A stretch of DNA of 64,000 nt from Octopus sinensis (GCF_006345805.1 NC_043010.1:44454001-44518000), one strand, 5' to 3'; shown: positions 24,733-37,310, numbered from the stretch's first letter. Program-made: numbers and translations. The notes: generated by a model not told the origin, from the letters alone.

Positions 24733-26889
24733 CAACAACAAAATCTTATATGGACTCCCAAAGGTCATATGGACACTGGTTGAGAACCACTGATCTAAAC
24801 AGACTCACTAATACATATCCTGTCTACAAAATTACACAACTGAATCTCAAAATTGCAGGGATGACACTGGAGTTAGAATTTTTCAGTATGAAGCTGATAA
24901 CTTTCCCAGAAATCTTAAAACCTAGTCTTGACAATCAAGTGAAATGAGACGGAATAAAGACCTAAAAACATGCACACATATCCACATATAGATATATAAG
25001 ACACTACAGTAGTTCAATGCAGTTTTAGCTAAATATTTCATCACTCTCTATTCTGCTCATATATTTACAATAACAACAGAAATATAATAACAAGGGTGAG
25101 AAAATGTCACAATGAATTAATATTAAAATAACTGCTTCAGACAAATATATATAACTTGTGTGAACAATAAGATATTTTAGGATAGGCTGCAAGATTGATA
25201 GTGGTGGTGGTGTTGGTCAGACTTTACTGTGACCAATATGACAGAGGAAATAGGTGCTTTGAGGATCTGAAAATGTTATCCGGTGCAAACATCACCTACT
25301 AGTCAACTCTCCCTCTTAGTAATTAAAGATTATAATATAGAATTATAGGAAATCATTATTACATGATTAGAGTGCACAATGAACTTGTTTTATCAGTGAT
25401 AATTATGACAAATATAATAGTAATTATGATTTCGAGCATTGGCACAAGGCCACACATTATGACCAAATTAGTAATTTATATATATATATATATACTTAGT
25501 TTGATACTCTGCTGTTTTGAGTTCATGTATCGGTATAAAATAATGATAATTAGAGAGTGGATTGATCAAAACAGTGTAAAAGTTAATCTATTATGAGAGA
25601 CAGACAGACAGACAGACAGGCAGAGATAGAGAAAGACAAACAGACAGACAATGACATTGCACAGGACTTGAAAGTCTTTTTGCAGCAATCTCTCCTGTTA
25701 TTTGGTGTACTTTCATTCAAAATGATAAACTGAAATATTTGGGCACTTGTTTAAAAACCTGAGTCAACATTATCACAACATCATTATTACAATATCTCAA
25801 TAGAGAAATGTAGGTACATAGTCTTACAACTTTATTTCCATTTATCTCAAAAGATCTTCAGCTCTTCTACCATAACTCTACAACATTATACCTTCATTAA
25901 AAAGTATATATGATTTTTCAAACCAAGAAGAAATAGCAGCCAAATATCCTTAAATCTCCCTTTGAAAAAAAAAAAAGAAATTACATACTGGATAATATAA
26001 TCCTATAAAACTCTAAACAGATGGGACGTTCAAAGGTTGGAATGTCTCTGTTCAAAAGTCATCTCAATCAGATTTCACCTGGAAGCTAAACAATAACATA
26101 CTAATTTCTATCAACAATGATAACACTGGATATGTGGGATTCACTGCAGCTGAAGCAAACCTATTTGTCAATCATATATGGGTTTCAAATTTTGATATAT
26201 GCCCAGTAATTTTGGATGAGGGGCTAAGTTGATTTCTATAATTATTTAGGTAATCTCTCTCATCACCACTTTCCTTCCAGCTTTGTTTCTGTTCCTCTTA
26301 CAATCCTTTTCTTCATTCCATTTTTACTTCTTTTCTTCTTTCGTTTGCTCTCAAACCTTCTCTTCTACCCCTTGGTGTCTGTCTCTTTCTCCTTTTCATT
26401 CCTTTCTCCTACCTTCAACAAGTTTTATCATTTCCTTAACCCAACTTATATTCACTACTCTCTCTCTTTACTTACATTTTACTTCTCTTCCAGTTCTCTC
26501 TCTCTCTCCCTCTCTCCCTTTCACATTCCCCTCCTCTACCACAACCACCATATAACAGAAATCAGCACTTCTAAGGGCTTTTCAATTATGTTGTTGCAAC
26601 TGCGATGAAAATAAGTTGAAAAGATTTGGGTTAATTGTTGTTGGTAATGATGTGATTTCTACAGTTTTTATATTCCTTTCTGTTCTCTTAGCTACTACAC
26701 ATGTTACTGTCACTTTTCACAAAGCATGTGTCTTTAATGTCGCATTGCAGTAGCTTCATTTTCAATTGTCTATAAAGTCATATAGAATGTTTTAAGTGTG
26801 TACGTGTGTATGTATGTATATATCCTTTCACTAGTTTAAGTCATTTTTGCTGCTTTCCGGATCCTGAAACACTCACATATACAGAGACC

Positions 26890-27051
26890 CAAGCATGGCT
26901 GCATGGTAAGAAGCTTGTTTTCCAACCACATGGTTCCAGGTTCAGTCTCACTGCATGGCATCATGGGCAGATGTCTTCTGCTACAGCTCCAGGCCAACCA
27001 AAGCCTTGTGAGTGGATTTAGTAAACAGAAGCTGAAAGAAACTTGTGTGTG

Positions 27052-27121
<70 letters not shown>

Positions 27122-27330
27122 ATATATATAATGTATGTGTATGTTACTGTCTCTTTGCCTTGACATTAAATAACTGTTGTAAATGAGTGTCATTATCAAG
27201 TAAGTGGTAAGTTGTGTCCTTTATTTCCAAACTGCCATGAAAACATGTCTGGTCATGAAGAAATGTTACCTTACTTGGGAACAGGTGAGGGTTGGTGACA
27301 GGAGGGCATCAACTGTAGAAAATCTGCCAG
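26890..27330 (+). mobile_element. SINE family A head with alternative RTE-like 3' module (A')
   Basis: Family A head, then (CT)n(AT)n, then ggttggtgacaggagggcatcaactgtagaaaatctgcc; same layout as the reverse complement of 62927-63340. Confidence 0.7.
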
Positions 27331-27510
27331 AACGTAAAAAGCACCCACTACACTCATGGAGTAGTTGGCGTTAGGAAGAGCATCAAGCTGTAGAAACACT
27401 GCCAGATCAGACTGGAGCCTGGTGCAGCCTCCTGGCTTCCCAGACCCCAGTCAAACCATCCAATCCATGCTAGCATGGAAAACGGACGGTAAACGATGAT
27501 GATGACAAGG
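27330..27510 (+). mobile_element. RTE-tail SINE or LINE 3' end fragment
   Basis: gttggcgttaggaagagcatc...catgctagcatggaaaacggacggtaaacgatgatgatg matches 35385-35520. Confidence 0.75.
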
Positions 27511-27664
27511 GAATTTTGGAAGTGGGGCCTGGCAAGTCTATGAGACAGATGGAAGAGCACTGTAGAAAATGAAGGAGAGTATATTTTAGATTAAAAAAGA
27601 ACTTTATCTTAATTTTGAAAAATGAAAGAGGTATAAATAAACCACATTATTTATGGAATGACCC

Positions 27665-27665
27665 A

Positions 27666-27699
<34 letters not shown>

Positions 27700-27925
27700 A
27701 TGTGTGTGTGTATGTGCGTGTGTATCTGTCCCCCACCACTGCTTGACAACTGGTGTTTGTATGTTTATGTTCTTGTAGCTTAGCAGTTTGGCAAAAGAGA
27801 CCAACAGAATAAGTACTAGGTTTAGAAAAAAGTCCTGGGGTCGATTTGTATGACTAAAGCCGTTCAAGGCAGTGCCTCAGTATGGCCACAGTCTAATGAC
27901 TCAAACAAGTAAAAGGTAAAAGAGA
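27665..27925 (+). mobile_element. SINE family A 3' half
   Basis: (GT)n followed by ccaccactgcttgacaactggtgtttg...gactcaaacaagtaaaag. Confidence 0.8.
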
Positions 27926-28708
27926 AAAGATTAAAATGATGATGATTATATATTTATAAGTGCACCAATTGCAAGCAATTGTCACTTCATACAAGCAGTT
28001 TGTTCGTAAGCAATGCTCTTTGAAAACATTTGCAGTCATTGTGCTGTTCATATTTAAAGGACAGAAGAAATATGATCTTGCTTGGAAACAAGTGAGTGTA
28101 GACAACAGGAAAAGCCAGCTATAGAAAATCTGCCTCAATAAATTTTGTTTGACCTATGCAAGCATGGAAAACTGAATGCTGAAGTGATGATGATAATGAT
28201 GCTGATGATGAAATGCTTTTTGAGGCTCTAAGTAACTACTTCTAAATCACGCTGAAATATGGTCATGTAATATTGCTTGCCTCACTAACTTCTTTTATAG
28301 CAAAGAAGGTTAAGCAATCGTCCTCTGTCTATAAGCAATGTTGTACAAGGTTAAAATGGCCAAAGCAACACTTTAAACACCTGACTAAGTGGAAAGAAAA
28401 TGGAGGAAAAATTTTTACAAAATACAGATGAAAGCAGGAATTTAGTTTGTGGATGAAAAAGATAGGGGGTCAGCTTTAGTTTTACTAAATCGATGGAGCC
28501 AGCAGAAGGCTCATGTTCTGCACAGAGAGTGGCTATGGATTTGAACAACCCTGAAAGGCTATTCCTTTACTTTGAGGTTCTTTATTATATACTCATGTAA
28601 CTGTGTTATCAAACACGAGTGTATAGGTATTTCATAAAATAAGATTACTTTCAAAGTATGATTGCTTATCTATATTTTTTCTTTAATTCAATATTATACA
28701 CTGTATTA

Positions 28709-28920
28709 AAGCAGTGAGCAAGCAAAATCTTTAGCAGGCTGGATGAAATTTTTAACAGAATTTCATCCATCTTTATGTTCTGAGTTCAAATTCTGCCAAG
28801 GTTGACTTTTCCTTTCATCCTTTTGGGATTGATCAAAATAAGTATTATTTGAATGTAATTGACTGGGGTCAATGTAATCAGCTAAACACCCCACCCCCTG
28901 AAAGGTACCGGCAGAAAATG
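28709..28920 (+). mobile_element. SINE family B, decayed
   Basis: ttctgagttcaaattctgccaaggttgacttttcctttcatccttttggg. Confidence 0.75.
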
Positions 28921-29448
28921 AACATCATCATACATTAGTACAGTATTATAATAGAGTTTTGTATATGTATATATTTTAAAATGATATTTATACATTATTT
29001 ACAAGTGCTACTGGTAACATGTAACCTAGTACAACTTGTCATATGGTCAGGTCATTGGTAGCTAAAGCAGCAACCCTGCCAAGCTTGCTTGGTGAAGAGA
29101 GTGATTATTGAACACCCAATAGGATGAAAAACAAGACCATTCAAAGAGTAGAGGAAATCATGAAAGTCAACAGCTATCCAATTGAGGTCTGCTGTTAATC
29201 AGTCTCATGGCATACTTGCAACATCTAATACTATCAGTAGTAGCAAAATGTATGAATGATCCCACAGAAGTCATTACCACTTAAAACAAATCAATGTGTG
29301 GGTTGTCTAAGGGATTTGCTCATTCCACTTTTTATCACAATCATCCTGAAAAGGGAAAAGAAAAGGAGGAAAAAAAGTAAAATTCTTTGACACCCTGAAA
29401 TGCAACAAGAGAGTCTATAGTATGTGTGTTTGTGTGTGTGTGTATAGT

Positions 29449-29746
29449 TTGTTCCTTCTTGAGCCATGCCTGGCTGATAAGGGCTGGTTTCCCGGTTTCT
29501 GTGACCTATAGGTTCCCCACCTGGACAGGACGCCAGTCTGTGGCAGGTGAGCTACAAGATGCAGGAGGAAAGACTGAGAGAAAGTTGTGGTGAAAGAGTC
29601 AGCATAAGTTCGCCATTACCTTCTGCCAGAGCCGTGTGGAGCTTAGGTGTTTCGCTCATAAACACACATCGTCTGGTCTGAGATTTGAACCCGCGATCCC
29701 TCGACCACAAGTCTGCTGCTCTAACCACAAGGCCATGTGCCTCCAC
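29449..29746 (-). mobile_element. SINE family D, full-length (tRNA head, central domain, gaaaccgggaaacc tail)
   Basis: Minus strand gtggaggcacatggccttgtggttagagcagc...gatcgcgggttcaaatctc...gactggcgtcctgtccaggtgggg...gaaaccggg. Confidence 0.8.
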
Positions 29747-29769
29747 CTTGTGTGTGTGTATGCGTGTGA

Positions 29770-30120
29770 ATATTGAATACTGAGAATGAATGCTGGACAC
29801 TGCATTGGGGGATAAATATTCTTTATTCATGGGGTAATCAGACTACCATTGGTTTCATGTTGAGAGAGATGTCTCTCAACAGTCATTTGAGACATTGGTG
29901 TTTATTTTGGATAAAACAAAATCTAAGATGGATACAAACACCAATGTCCCAAAGTACAGACTTGAATTATTTTTGAGAGATGACTACCATTGGTTTCACG
30001 TTGAGAGAGATATCCCTCAACAATTATTCAAGTCTGTATCTTGAGATGTTGGTGTCCATTTCCATATCACCATCTTGGATGAAACACAGTCCAAGATGGA
30101 GACTCAATGAATAATATATA
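29770..30120. mobile_element. complex direct and inverted repeat element (family of 16088-16269)
   Basis: Direct copies of gactaccattggtttca at 29841 and 29982; inverted pairs at 29890/29937 and 29955/30022; hairpin catcttgga...tccaagatg. Confidence 0.6.
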
Positions 30121-30788
30121 TATTCAGGTCTGGTTTGGTGTTTATTCTTCTTTGAACACAATCCACTTGTTTAATTGATTAGATGTGACTGACATGTTGC
30201 TTCAATCATGCATCACTGTCTAATATTGAAGATCTCTCACTCATTAGTCAGTTCCTGAAAGACCTATTCCCTACCACTGGGATGTTTGTGAAAGGAAGTG
30301 AAATTTGAATTCACAACGAACAGCACTGGTACAGACACTGCAAAGGTATTTCTCCCAATGTTCTAATAATTTCATTTATATACTGTTCTAGGCTGATACA
30401 TTTTTTTAAAATTCACCCCCAAAATATGAAAGGCATATGACAGCTGGAAAAAACTGCTTGGCATTCTATCCAAATGTCTGAAAACTGAGTCAATTCACTA
30501 CTTCAAAAGTTTATATACATTATATATAGGCATATGTGTGTATGGGGGTGTACATGTCTATGCCTGATATTTGCATTACACATAAATATGGTATTTAAAA
30601 ATTTATGTTATAGTTCATCATTTACATTTTGGGAATAACGTACAGACACTACAAAATGCTTGTCAATGTTATTTTAATATAATGTCCTGCATTTAAGAAG
30701 AAGAGATAGATAGAATAAGTACAGGGCTTTACAAAAAATACTGACCTGGTGCCTAAATTAGAAATTATCAAAAGCCAGTGGATTACTA

Positions 30789-30990
30789 AAGGACAATGAA
30801 CTGGCAGAACCATTGAGGTATGGAACAAATGCCTTGCAGTATTTATTCCAGTTCTTTACATTCTGAGTTCAAATCCCATTTAGGTCAACCTTGATTTTCA
30901 TCTTTTCAAGGACAGTAAAATAAGCATGAATGAAGTAATGAGGTTGATTAAATTGACAAACCTCTTCCCTCACAATTTCTAAGTCTGAAA
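30789..30990 (+). mobile_element. SINE family B, decayed (another copy at 31327-31500)
   Basis: tgaactggcagaacc...ttctgagttcaaatccc. Confidence 0.7.
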
Positions 30991-31019
30991 TTATCCTGCT
31001 CAAAATGTTTGTTAAAGGA

Positions 31020-31290
31020 TGATGCATGAAAAACTCATGCTTCCAGAGGTGAATTATTCAAACCCCAAAGAATTCCTCTCAAAACATGGCTATGAAGTTC
31101 CCCAACTACTATTGCTTGTAATCAAAGATGTACATATTGTCAGCCACTAAGGGACATGCTCAACTGGTTAAGATCAAGCAACTGACAAGCAAATCTGTGG
31201 TATAGAACTGAATATTTGCTGTAGCCCATCTTTTATACCAAGACAAAACATTGTACATGATAACACTTCCAGTCAGTTAAGATTAGAAAC
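31020..31290. repeat. interspersed repeat, second copy at about 60850-60990
   Basis: Shared cccaactact...gatg(t/c)aca(t)..tgtcag(c/t)cactaagggacatgct...gcaaatctgt. Confidence 0.65.
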
Positions 31291-32051
31291 CATGAGAGCC
31301 ACTGCCTAGTACTGCATCATGATTATTAAAGCAGCAAGCTGGCAGAATTGTTTGCATGCCAGGTGAAATGATTAGCAGCATTTCCATCTGTCTTCGTGTT
31401 CTGAGTTCAAATTCCGCTGTGGTTGACACTGGGATCAATGTAATTAACTTAACCTCTACCCACATACTGCTGGCTTTGTGCCAAAATTTGAAATCATTAT
31501 GATTATTATTATTATTGACTCTCAAAAGTCACCTTAAATCTGAGGGTTGCAAAGCAATTTCAATTATTTCTTTTTTATTTATATTTATTTATATATTTTG
31601 GTTTTCTTTTTCCCATAACATGAATCAGAAAGTTGCAAATAGAAGGAAGAGAAAGAAACTGTGCGTGAGGGAGAGAGAGAGGGTGATGTAGAAAGAGAAA
31701 GAAAGAGTGAATGACTGTGTATGTCTGTGTGTGTTGGGGGAGGAGGTAACTGCATGAATAAATTAATGAATAGAAAACAATGTGTATTTATATATCAAAT
31801 AAAGAGAGATTGAATAAATGTCCGACATTGCATGCATGTGCATGCACGTGTGAATGCCAGTTTGACTGACTCATAGGCTTCCTTACATGTTTTTATATTT
31901 TCCTTTAGTGGTTTTTCAGCTCCATAATATGAGATTTATTCTCAAAGTCCAGAACACATCCTCTTATAGCTCATTGACAATCATGACTTTGGATTTACAA
32001 GATCCAATTCATTGGTAACTCAGTAATGGTCTTCTTACAGTATCTTCTGTA

Positions 32052-32684
32052 TTTTATCTTTTACTTGTTTCAGTCATTAGACTGCAGCCATGCTGGAGCA
32101 CCGCCTTGAGGAATCTTCTTTCTATTTGAATGAATTGACCCCAGTACTTACTTTTTCTTTTAAGCCTGGTACTTATTCTATCAGTCTCTTTTGCCTAACC
32201 AAGTTACAGGGACATGAACACACCAGCACCAGTTGTCAAGTGGTGGTGGTGGTGGGGTGGGTGGTGGACAAATGAAGATACACACACACACAGATATGAA
32301 TGTAAATGTACAACAGGCTCATTTCAGTTTCTGTCTATCAAATCCACTCACAAGGCTTTGGTTGGCCTGATGCTATAATAGAAAACTCTTGAAGGCAGTG
32401 AGCTAGCAGAAACGTTAACGGTATTTCCTCTGTCTTTACATTCTGAGTTCAAATTCTGCTGTGGTCGACTTTACCTTTCATCCTTTCGGGGTCGATAAAT
32501 TAAGTACCAGTTGCATACTGGGGTCGATCTAATCGACTGGCCCCCTCCCCCAAGAGTAGAAAAGATTATATAATAGAGTAGAAAAGATTATATAATAGAA
32601 GACTCTTGTCTAAGGTATCACACAGTGGGACTGAACTGGAAGCATGTGGTTGGGAAGCAAGCTTCTTACCACACAGCCATGCCT
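32052..32684 (-). mobile_element. SINE family A interrupted by a family B insertion
   Basis: Family A sequence resumes at 32591 after the insert. Confidence 0.8.
32391..32596 (+). mobile_element. SINE family B nested in family A, with 17-bp target-site duplication
   Basis: TSD tataatagaa(a/g)actctt at 32374-32390 and 32591-32607. Confidence 0.85.
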
Positions 32685-33668
32685 AAGCTTCATTGACAGT
32701 CTTGTTTTTGCTCTTAGCTGATAACAACAGCAAAAGCAAGATTATCAATGGAGCTTATAGCAGTGGCTCCCAAACCAACCAAAACTGGCTGCTCATCCCA
32801 CACCCTACTAGACATGAAATTTTTAACCTGTACCCTCAAATAGAATTTGAATTCATATAATTCTTCTTTGTATCAGTTCTGGACAAGTTTAATAACTTGA
32901 ACCACATTTATTTCGTAAACATAGTAATTCATCCACCCATGTTTCAATCCTCACAGGAGCCCTCCTCCCATGAGAAACAATGGTTTAGACCACATTAAAA
33001 GTAGTTCAAATCCTAATGAAGTTAATTTTACTTTTCATGCCTTTCAAGTTGATAAAATAAATACCAGCCATGTACTACAATTGAATCTAACAACAATAAA
33101 TATAGCCTACATACTGATAAACTTGTTCCATATCCTATCCCTTACAAAAATGCTGCTTACTCTTGTTGTTTAGCCCCCTAGTCAAGTATAATCAACAAGT
33201 CTATGAGCACAGACATTTTAAACTGTGGTCATCCCATCTTTATTTTCAGATGCAGTGTACCTAGGACTCCATTATTTAATGTGACTTTCCATTTGTAAGA
33301 CAATAGGGTGTGATATGAGGGAGATTCAGCAGCTATTTCCAGCAGGTCAATGGCTGTGTATAGGTTCCTTTTACATATCTCTGTTTCTCGGTTTATCTTC
33401 ATACTTCTTTTCATTTATCTTGCTAGTGCTCTTGAGAAAAGTATGAACATCACACAGTCGTATTTTCCTTACCTAAAAATCTGTGGCATTCCATTCAAAG
33501 TACAACCTTTTTTTCTTGGTGAGCTGAGTCAGTAATTCAGTTTCAATACTCAAGTGAATATGCTTCACTTAACCTTCATTAATAATCTTGATAAAAGATT
33601 TAATAATACAACTGCACAGCTCTTTTCACTTGAAGCCATCAACTATTAATGCTAAGTACTTTGCTTAC

Positions 33669-33742
33669 ACTGCCAATGCTCCTGAGAAATATGATGCTCC
33701 ACAATCACATTAACCCATAACATAAATTTAGCCATTTTAGTC
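33669..33742 (-). CDS. candidate internal exon (TKMAKFMLWVNVIVEHHISQEHWQ)
   Basis: Strong acceptor ttgtttttttcttcaag and donor agt|gtaagc; 74 nt; single open frame. Confidence 0.4.
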
Positions 33743-34099
33743 CTTGAAGAAAAAAACAATCAAAAATCTCTTGAAGCTTGAATTTGCCAAATTCATATTT
33801 CTCTTATAAAAAGGAACCAACTCTGGTTTTATGATATGTAGTGGAAGACAGAATTTCCAGAGAGTTTCTAATTCTTTATACAACATTGACCATGGAAAGG
33901 TATAAAAATGCTATTTCACTGTATTTCTATTTGAGGTGTAGCATGAGTAAATTCTTAGGGTATTAATAAAGTGAAGTGTTAAAAATTTTATCACTATAAG
34001 ACAATATGTAAAAATATTTTGATAGTATTGTGTTGTCCGGAAAGTTCATGCCTCCAGACCTCAACATTACCATCTCAGAGACGCCACTGGAAGTTTGCT

Positions 34100-34730
34100 T
34101 TCAAACAAGTGCACAGTGGAAAATCATTGGACATGGAGAACCGATTAAGAGTAGTTTATATCATGTTTGGTGGATTTGCGAAAAGGGTCATTAAGAACAA
34201 AGATCTGAACCACCAAACAAAATTTAGTGTCTACCAAGCAGTTGTGATCTCTACTCTCCTCTATGGTTGTGAAACCTGAAAACTTTACTGAAGTGATGTC
34301 AAAAAACTAGAGCAATTTCATCAACGGAAGCTCTGCTCTATTATGAATATCAAATTGAATGACTACGTGACTTTTGTCTCCATTTTGGAGAGAACTAAAA
34401 GCTGCAGCATCGAGGCCACCATCCTGAAAATTGTCTGAGATGAGCGGGCCATGTAGCAAGAATGAAAGAGACCAGGCTGCTTCGTCAAATTTTATTTGGT
34501 GAACTTTCCACTGGAAGAAGACTCCATGGCTGTTCCCTCCCTCAATACAAGGACCAACTGAAGCAAAGCCTAAAACTGACTGGAATCAATCCCAAAGCCA
34601 GGGACATTGAAGCTCAGGACAGGCCCTGCTGGCATCATTTCATCTCCATTGTGACAGATTAATTTGAAGCTGAATGACAGAGGAAAGAAGAATGAAAATG
34701 ATAAGAAAGAAAATGGAAGCTGCCACAACC
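34100..34730 (+). mobile_element. RTE (BovB-like) LINE 3' relic
   Basis: TKFSVYQAVVISTLLYGCET; RLLRQILFGELSTGRR...YKDQLKQSLK...AQDRPCW. Confidence 0.85.
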
Positions 34731-34974
34731 AAAGCCTCCACCATGGATCCCTTGAGAATTTTGCTTCCAGGCAAGAATTGACTTCTTTAGTTATCAGAGG
34801 TATAAACACTGACAGAAGGAAAAAAGTGGTCAAGAAGAAGCCAAATAAATTATCAAACACATGATAAAATGCTGCCACTGACAATATCTGCTCCTACTAT
34901 TCTACACTCTCACAACATACATATAGCACATTACTTACTGGAGGAGATAAACCATTCTTTCCACATTTATTTAG

Positions 34975-35520
34975 ATTTAAGGACCAGCCATGTGATGCAT
35001 ATAGATGAGGCATAAAGAAGTGCCAGCCTCTAACTGTGGAGGGAACCTGTGGAAGAGGTAGACTCAGGAAGACGTGGGATGAGGTGATGAAATATAATCT
35101 TTAGATGTTGAGTCTCATGGAGATGATGAGAGGTGGCTGAGACTTTTGGTGATTTGGTGTGCTTGAGAAGACACGTCAAACTAAGTGAAATCATAACCAT
35201 GGCCAATGCTGGTGACATGAAAAAGGTACATGTGCCAGTGATACATAAAAGGCACATGTGCTGGTAATACATAAAAGGCAGCCATGCCAGTGACAGACAA
35301 AAGGCACCCTTGCTGCTGACACGTGAAAGGCACTCATGTTGGTGACACATTAAAGGTACCTGTTCCACTCTATGGAGTGACTGGGGTTAGGAAGGGCATC
35401 CAGCCATAGAAACCAAAATAAAATGGACTGGAGCCTGATGCAGCTCTCCATCTTACCAGCTCCAGTCAAACCGTCAAACCCATGCCAGCATGGAAAATAG
35501 ATGCTAAACAATGATGATGG
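34975..35520 (+). mobile_element. RTE/RTEX LINE 3' end with 3' UTR minisatellite and (GAT)n tail
   Basis: TVEGTCGRGRLRKTWDEVMK, then 26-bp repeats, then gttaggaagggcatccagcc...catgccagcatggaaaatagatgctaaacaatgatgatg. Confidence 0.8.
35207..35362 (+). repeat. 26-bp minisatellite, 6 degenerate units
   Basis: Unit approximately tgc(c/t)(a/g)gtgacacataaaaggcacatg. Confidence 0.85.
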
Positions 35521-35660
35521 TGTGTAACTCTATTCTGATGCATATGGCTTTCACTAGTGCATGCTCAAACTTTCTCACACTCAATCATCACACATCTCCC
35601 TGACTCTGTATTAAGTCAAGTGCTTTTTCTCACCACAGTTACAATGATATAAATTTTTAT

Positions 35661-35724
35661 GGGGGGTGGGGTGGGGGGGGGGGTGGGGTGGGGGTGGGGG
35701 GTGGGGTGGGGGTGGGGTGGGGGG
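35661..35724 (+). repeat. (G4-5 T)n G-rich tract, G-quadruplex-competent
   Basis: 64 nt containing only G and isolated T. Confidence 0.85.
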
Positions 35725-36324
35725 ATAGTGCAAACAGTATATTTGACATTTAAAAGGTATAGCTAGTCCCCAGGGACATTTGAACTCTGAACTGTGATGA
35801 AATTAAACTTTTAAAAAGGAAACAAATGAAAAAGAAAAAGAGAAAACTACAACTGTACAAGCTCATTACGAAAACTTAACTGTTCAGATAAGTAAAAATA
35901 TATTTGTTTAAAATTATATTGAAATTTGCTGTAAAATGAATCATGGAGAGATGTATCTCAAGCTTTTGGTAGCATGGTATAGATATTGAATTGACAGCAA
36001 TTTCAAATTCATCAATTTTTATCTGAGTTCACTTAACTTTATTCTCTGTGATGCTGAGGAAAAAGAAACTCAGAGCTACATAGGAAATGTATTTTACTAT
36101 GGAAGTAAGATATGTCCACTCAAATTTTCATTTCCCTTACCTGTGGAAAGTGGTATTATATACCAATCTATCTTTTGTGGAGGAATGTCATATTTGAAAC
36201 AATTTTTAGTTTAGATATATTGAAGCAGCATGGCTTGCAGAAAATGCCAACCCTATTTTTTTGGTAGACATTTATCATTTGTGGAATAACTATGAAATTT
36301 AATTTCAGAGTTAAAGGGTTCTAT

Positions 36325-36549
36325 CAATGTTTTCCAACCATTTTTTTACCTATGGACCCCTTTAATTCCTATTTTACTTGGTCGGACCCTCCAAGCCATT
36401 CAAAATTAAAAATATACTGTTATATTTTGATAAAATATAACTAGGAATTGTATAATAATTATTAAAATATTTTGTGTATTGTAGACATATAAACAACAAA
36501 ATCTTATACGGACCCCCAAAGGCCATATGGACCCTGGTTGAGAACATCT
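36325..36549. mobile_element. hAT/Charlie-like MITE (cagtggttctcaacc-type ends)
   Basis: Same internal sequence as 58804-59040 and the end fragment at 24733-24792 (ggttgagaaccactg). Confidence 0.7.
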
Positions 36550-37089
36550 AGGTTAAATTATAAGTAGATAAAGTAAATTGTCAACAGTTAATAAACAGTA
36601 GGTAACTACTTTTAAATTTTTCAGAAAACAGCATGAAAAACAAAAAATTCAGTGTAACAATATATTTCTATAAAAAAAAATTACTTAAAAAAACTCAGAA
36701 TGCATGAAGCTGGAATAAATTTGCAAAGCATTTTGTCTGATACTCCACTGACTCTATCAATTTACTATCCATAAATGTTAGCTGTTATTTAGTCCCCAGT
36801 AACAATCAATCTATAAAAAAAGTATTCCAGCTATGAACATCAACTTTTTTTTTCCATTTAAACAGTCCTTCTAAGACTACACTATTCAATATGGTCTATA
36901 TTTTTTTAGAGATAGTAAGATGGGACTTGAGAGATATTTTGGAGCTATTTCCAGCAAGTTGCAGTGTCAATTGTGGTAGTGGTGGAGTATTTGTCATAGT
37001 TAACTGCTATTTTGGAAGCTTGCATCTCTGAGTGAGTTGCTGAGGAGCAGATTGGTTTTGAAGAGACCAGACACTAGGATTGATGGTAA

Positions 37090-37310
37090 TTGTTGCTTTT
37101 GTTTAATCCCAAGTTATTCCTGACAGAACAGATCTATGATCAAAGACATTCTAGCCATGACCATTCTGTCTTATTTTCAGACAGTGTTTCAAGGACTATA
37201 TTATCCAATATGTTCTGCATTTTTTCTTTTTTTTCAAGATAGTAGTGGTGTAATTTGAGGAAGATTTGGCAGCTATTTCTAGTTTGGTTGAATGATAACA
37301 TAGTAGCTCC
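37090..37310. repeat. interspersed repeat family C
   Basis: gatctatgatcaaagacattctagccatgaccattctgtc...gaggaagatttggcagctatttctag. Confidence 0.75.

Noticed and set aside
29670-29746. tRNA-like sequence with A/B boxes (also 2580-2654)
   Set aside because: It continues directly into a SINE body and I could not fold a complete cloverleaf; these are SINE heads, not tRNA genes.
28400-33742. Faint resemblance of the joined peptide EHWQWLFKSIATL to vertebrate FANCC (GHWLQTLKHISEL)
   Set aside because: Too short and weak, and the other candidate exons do not match; no gene symbol assigned.
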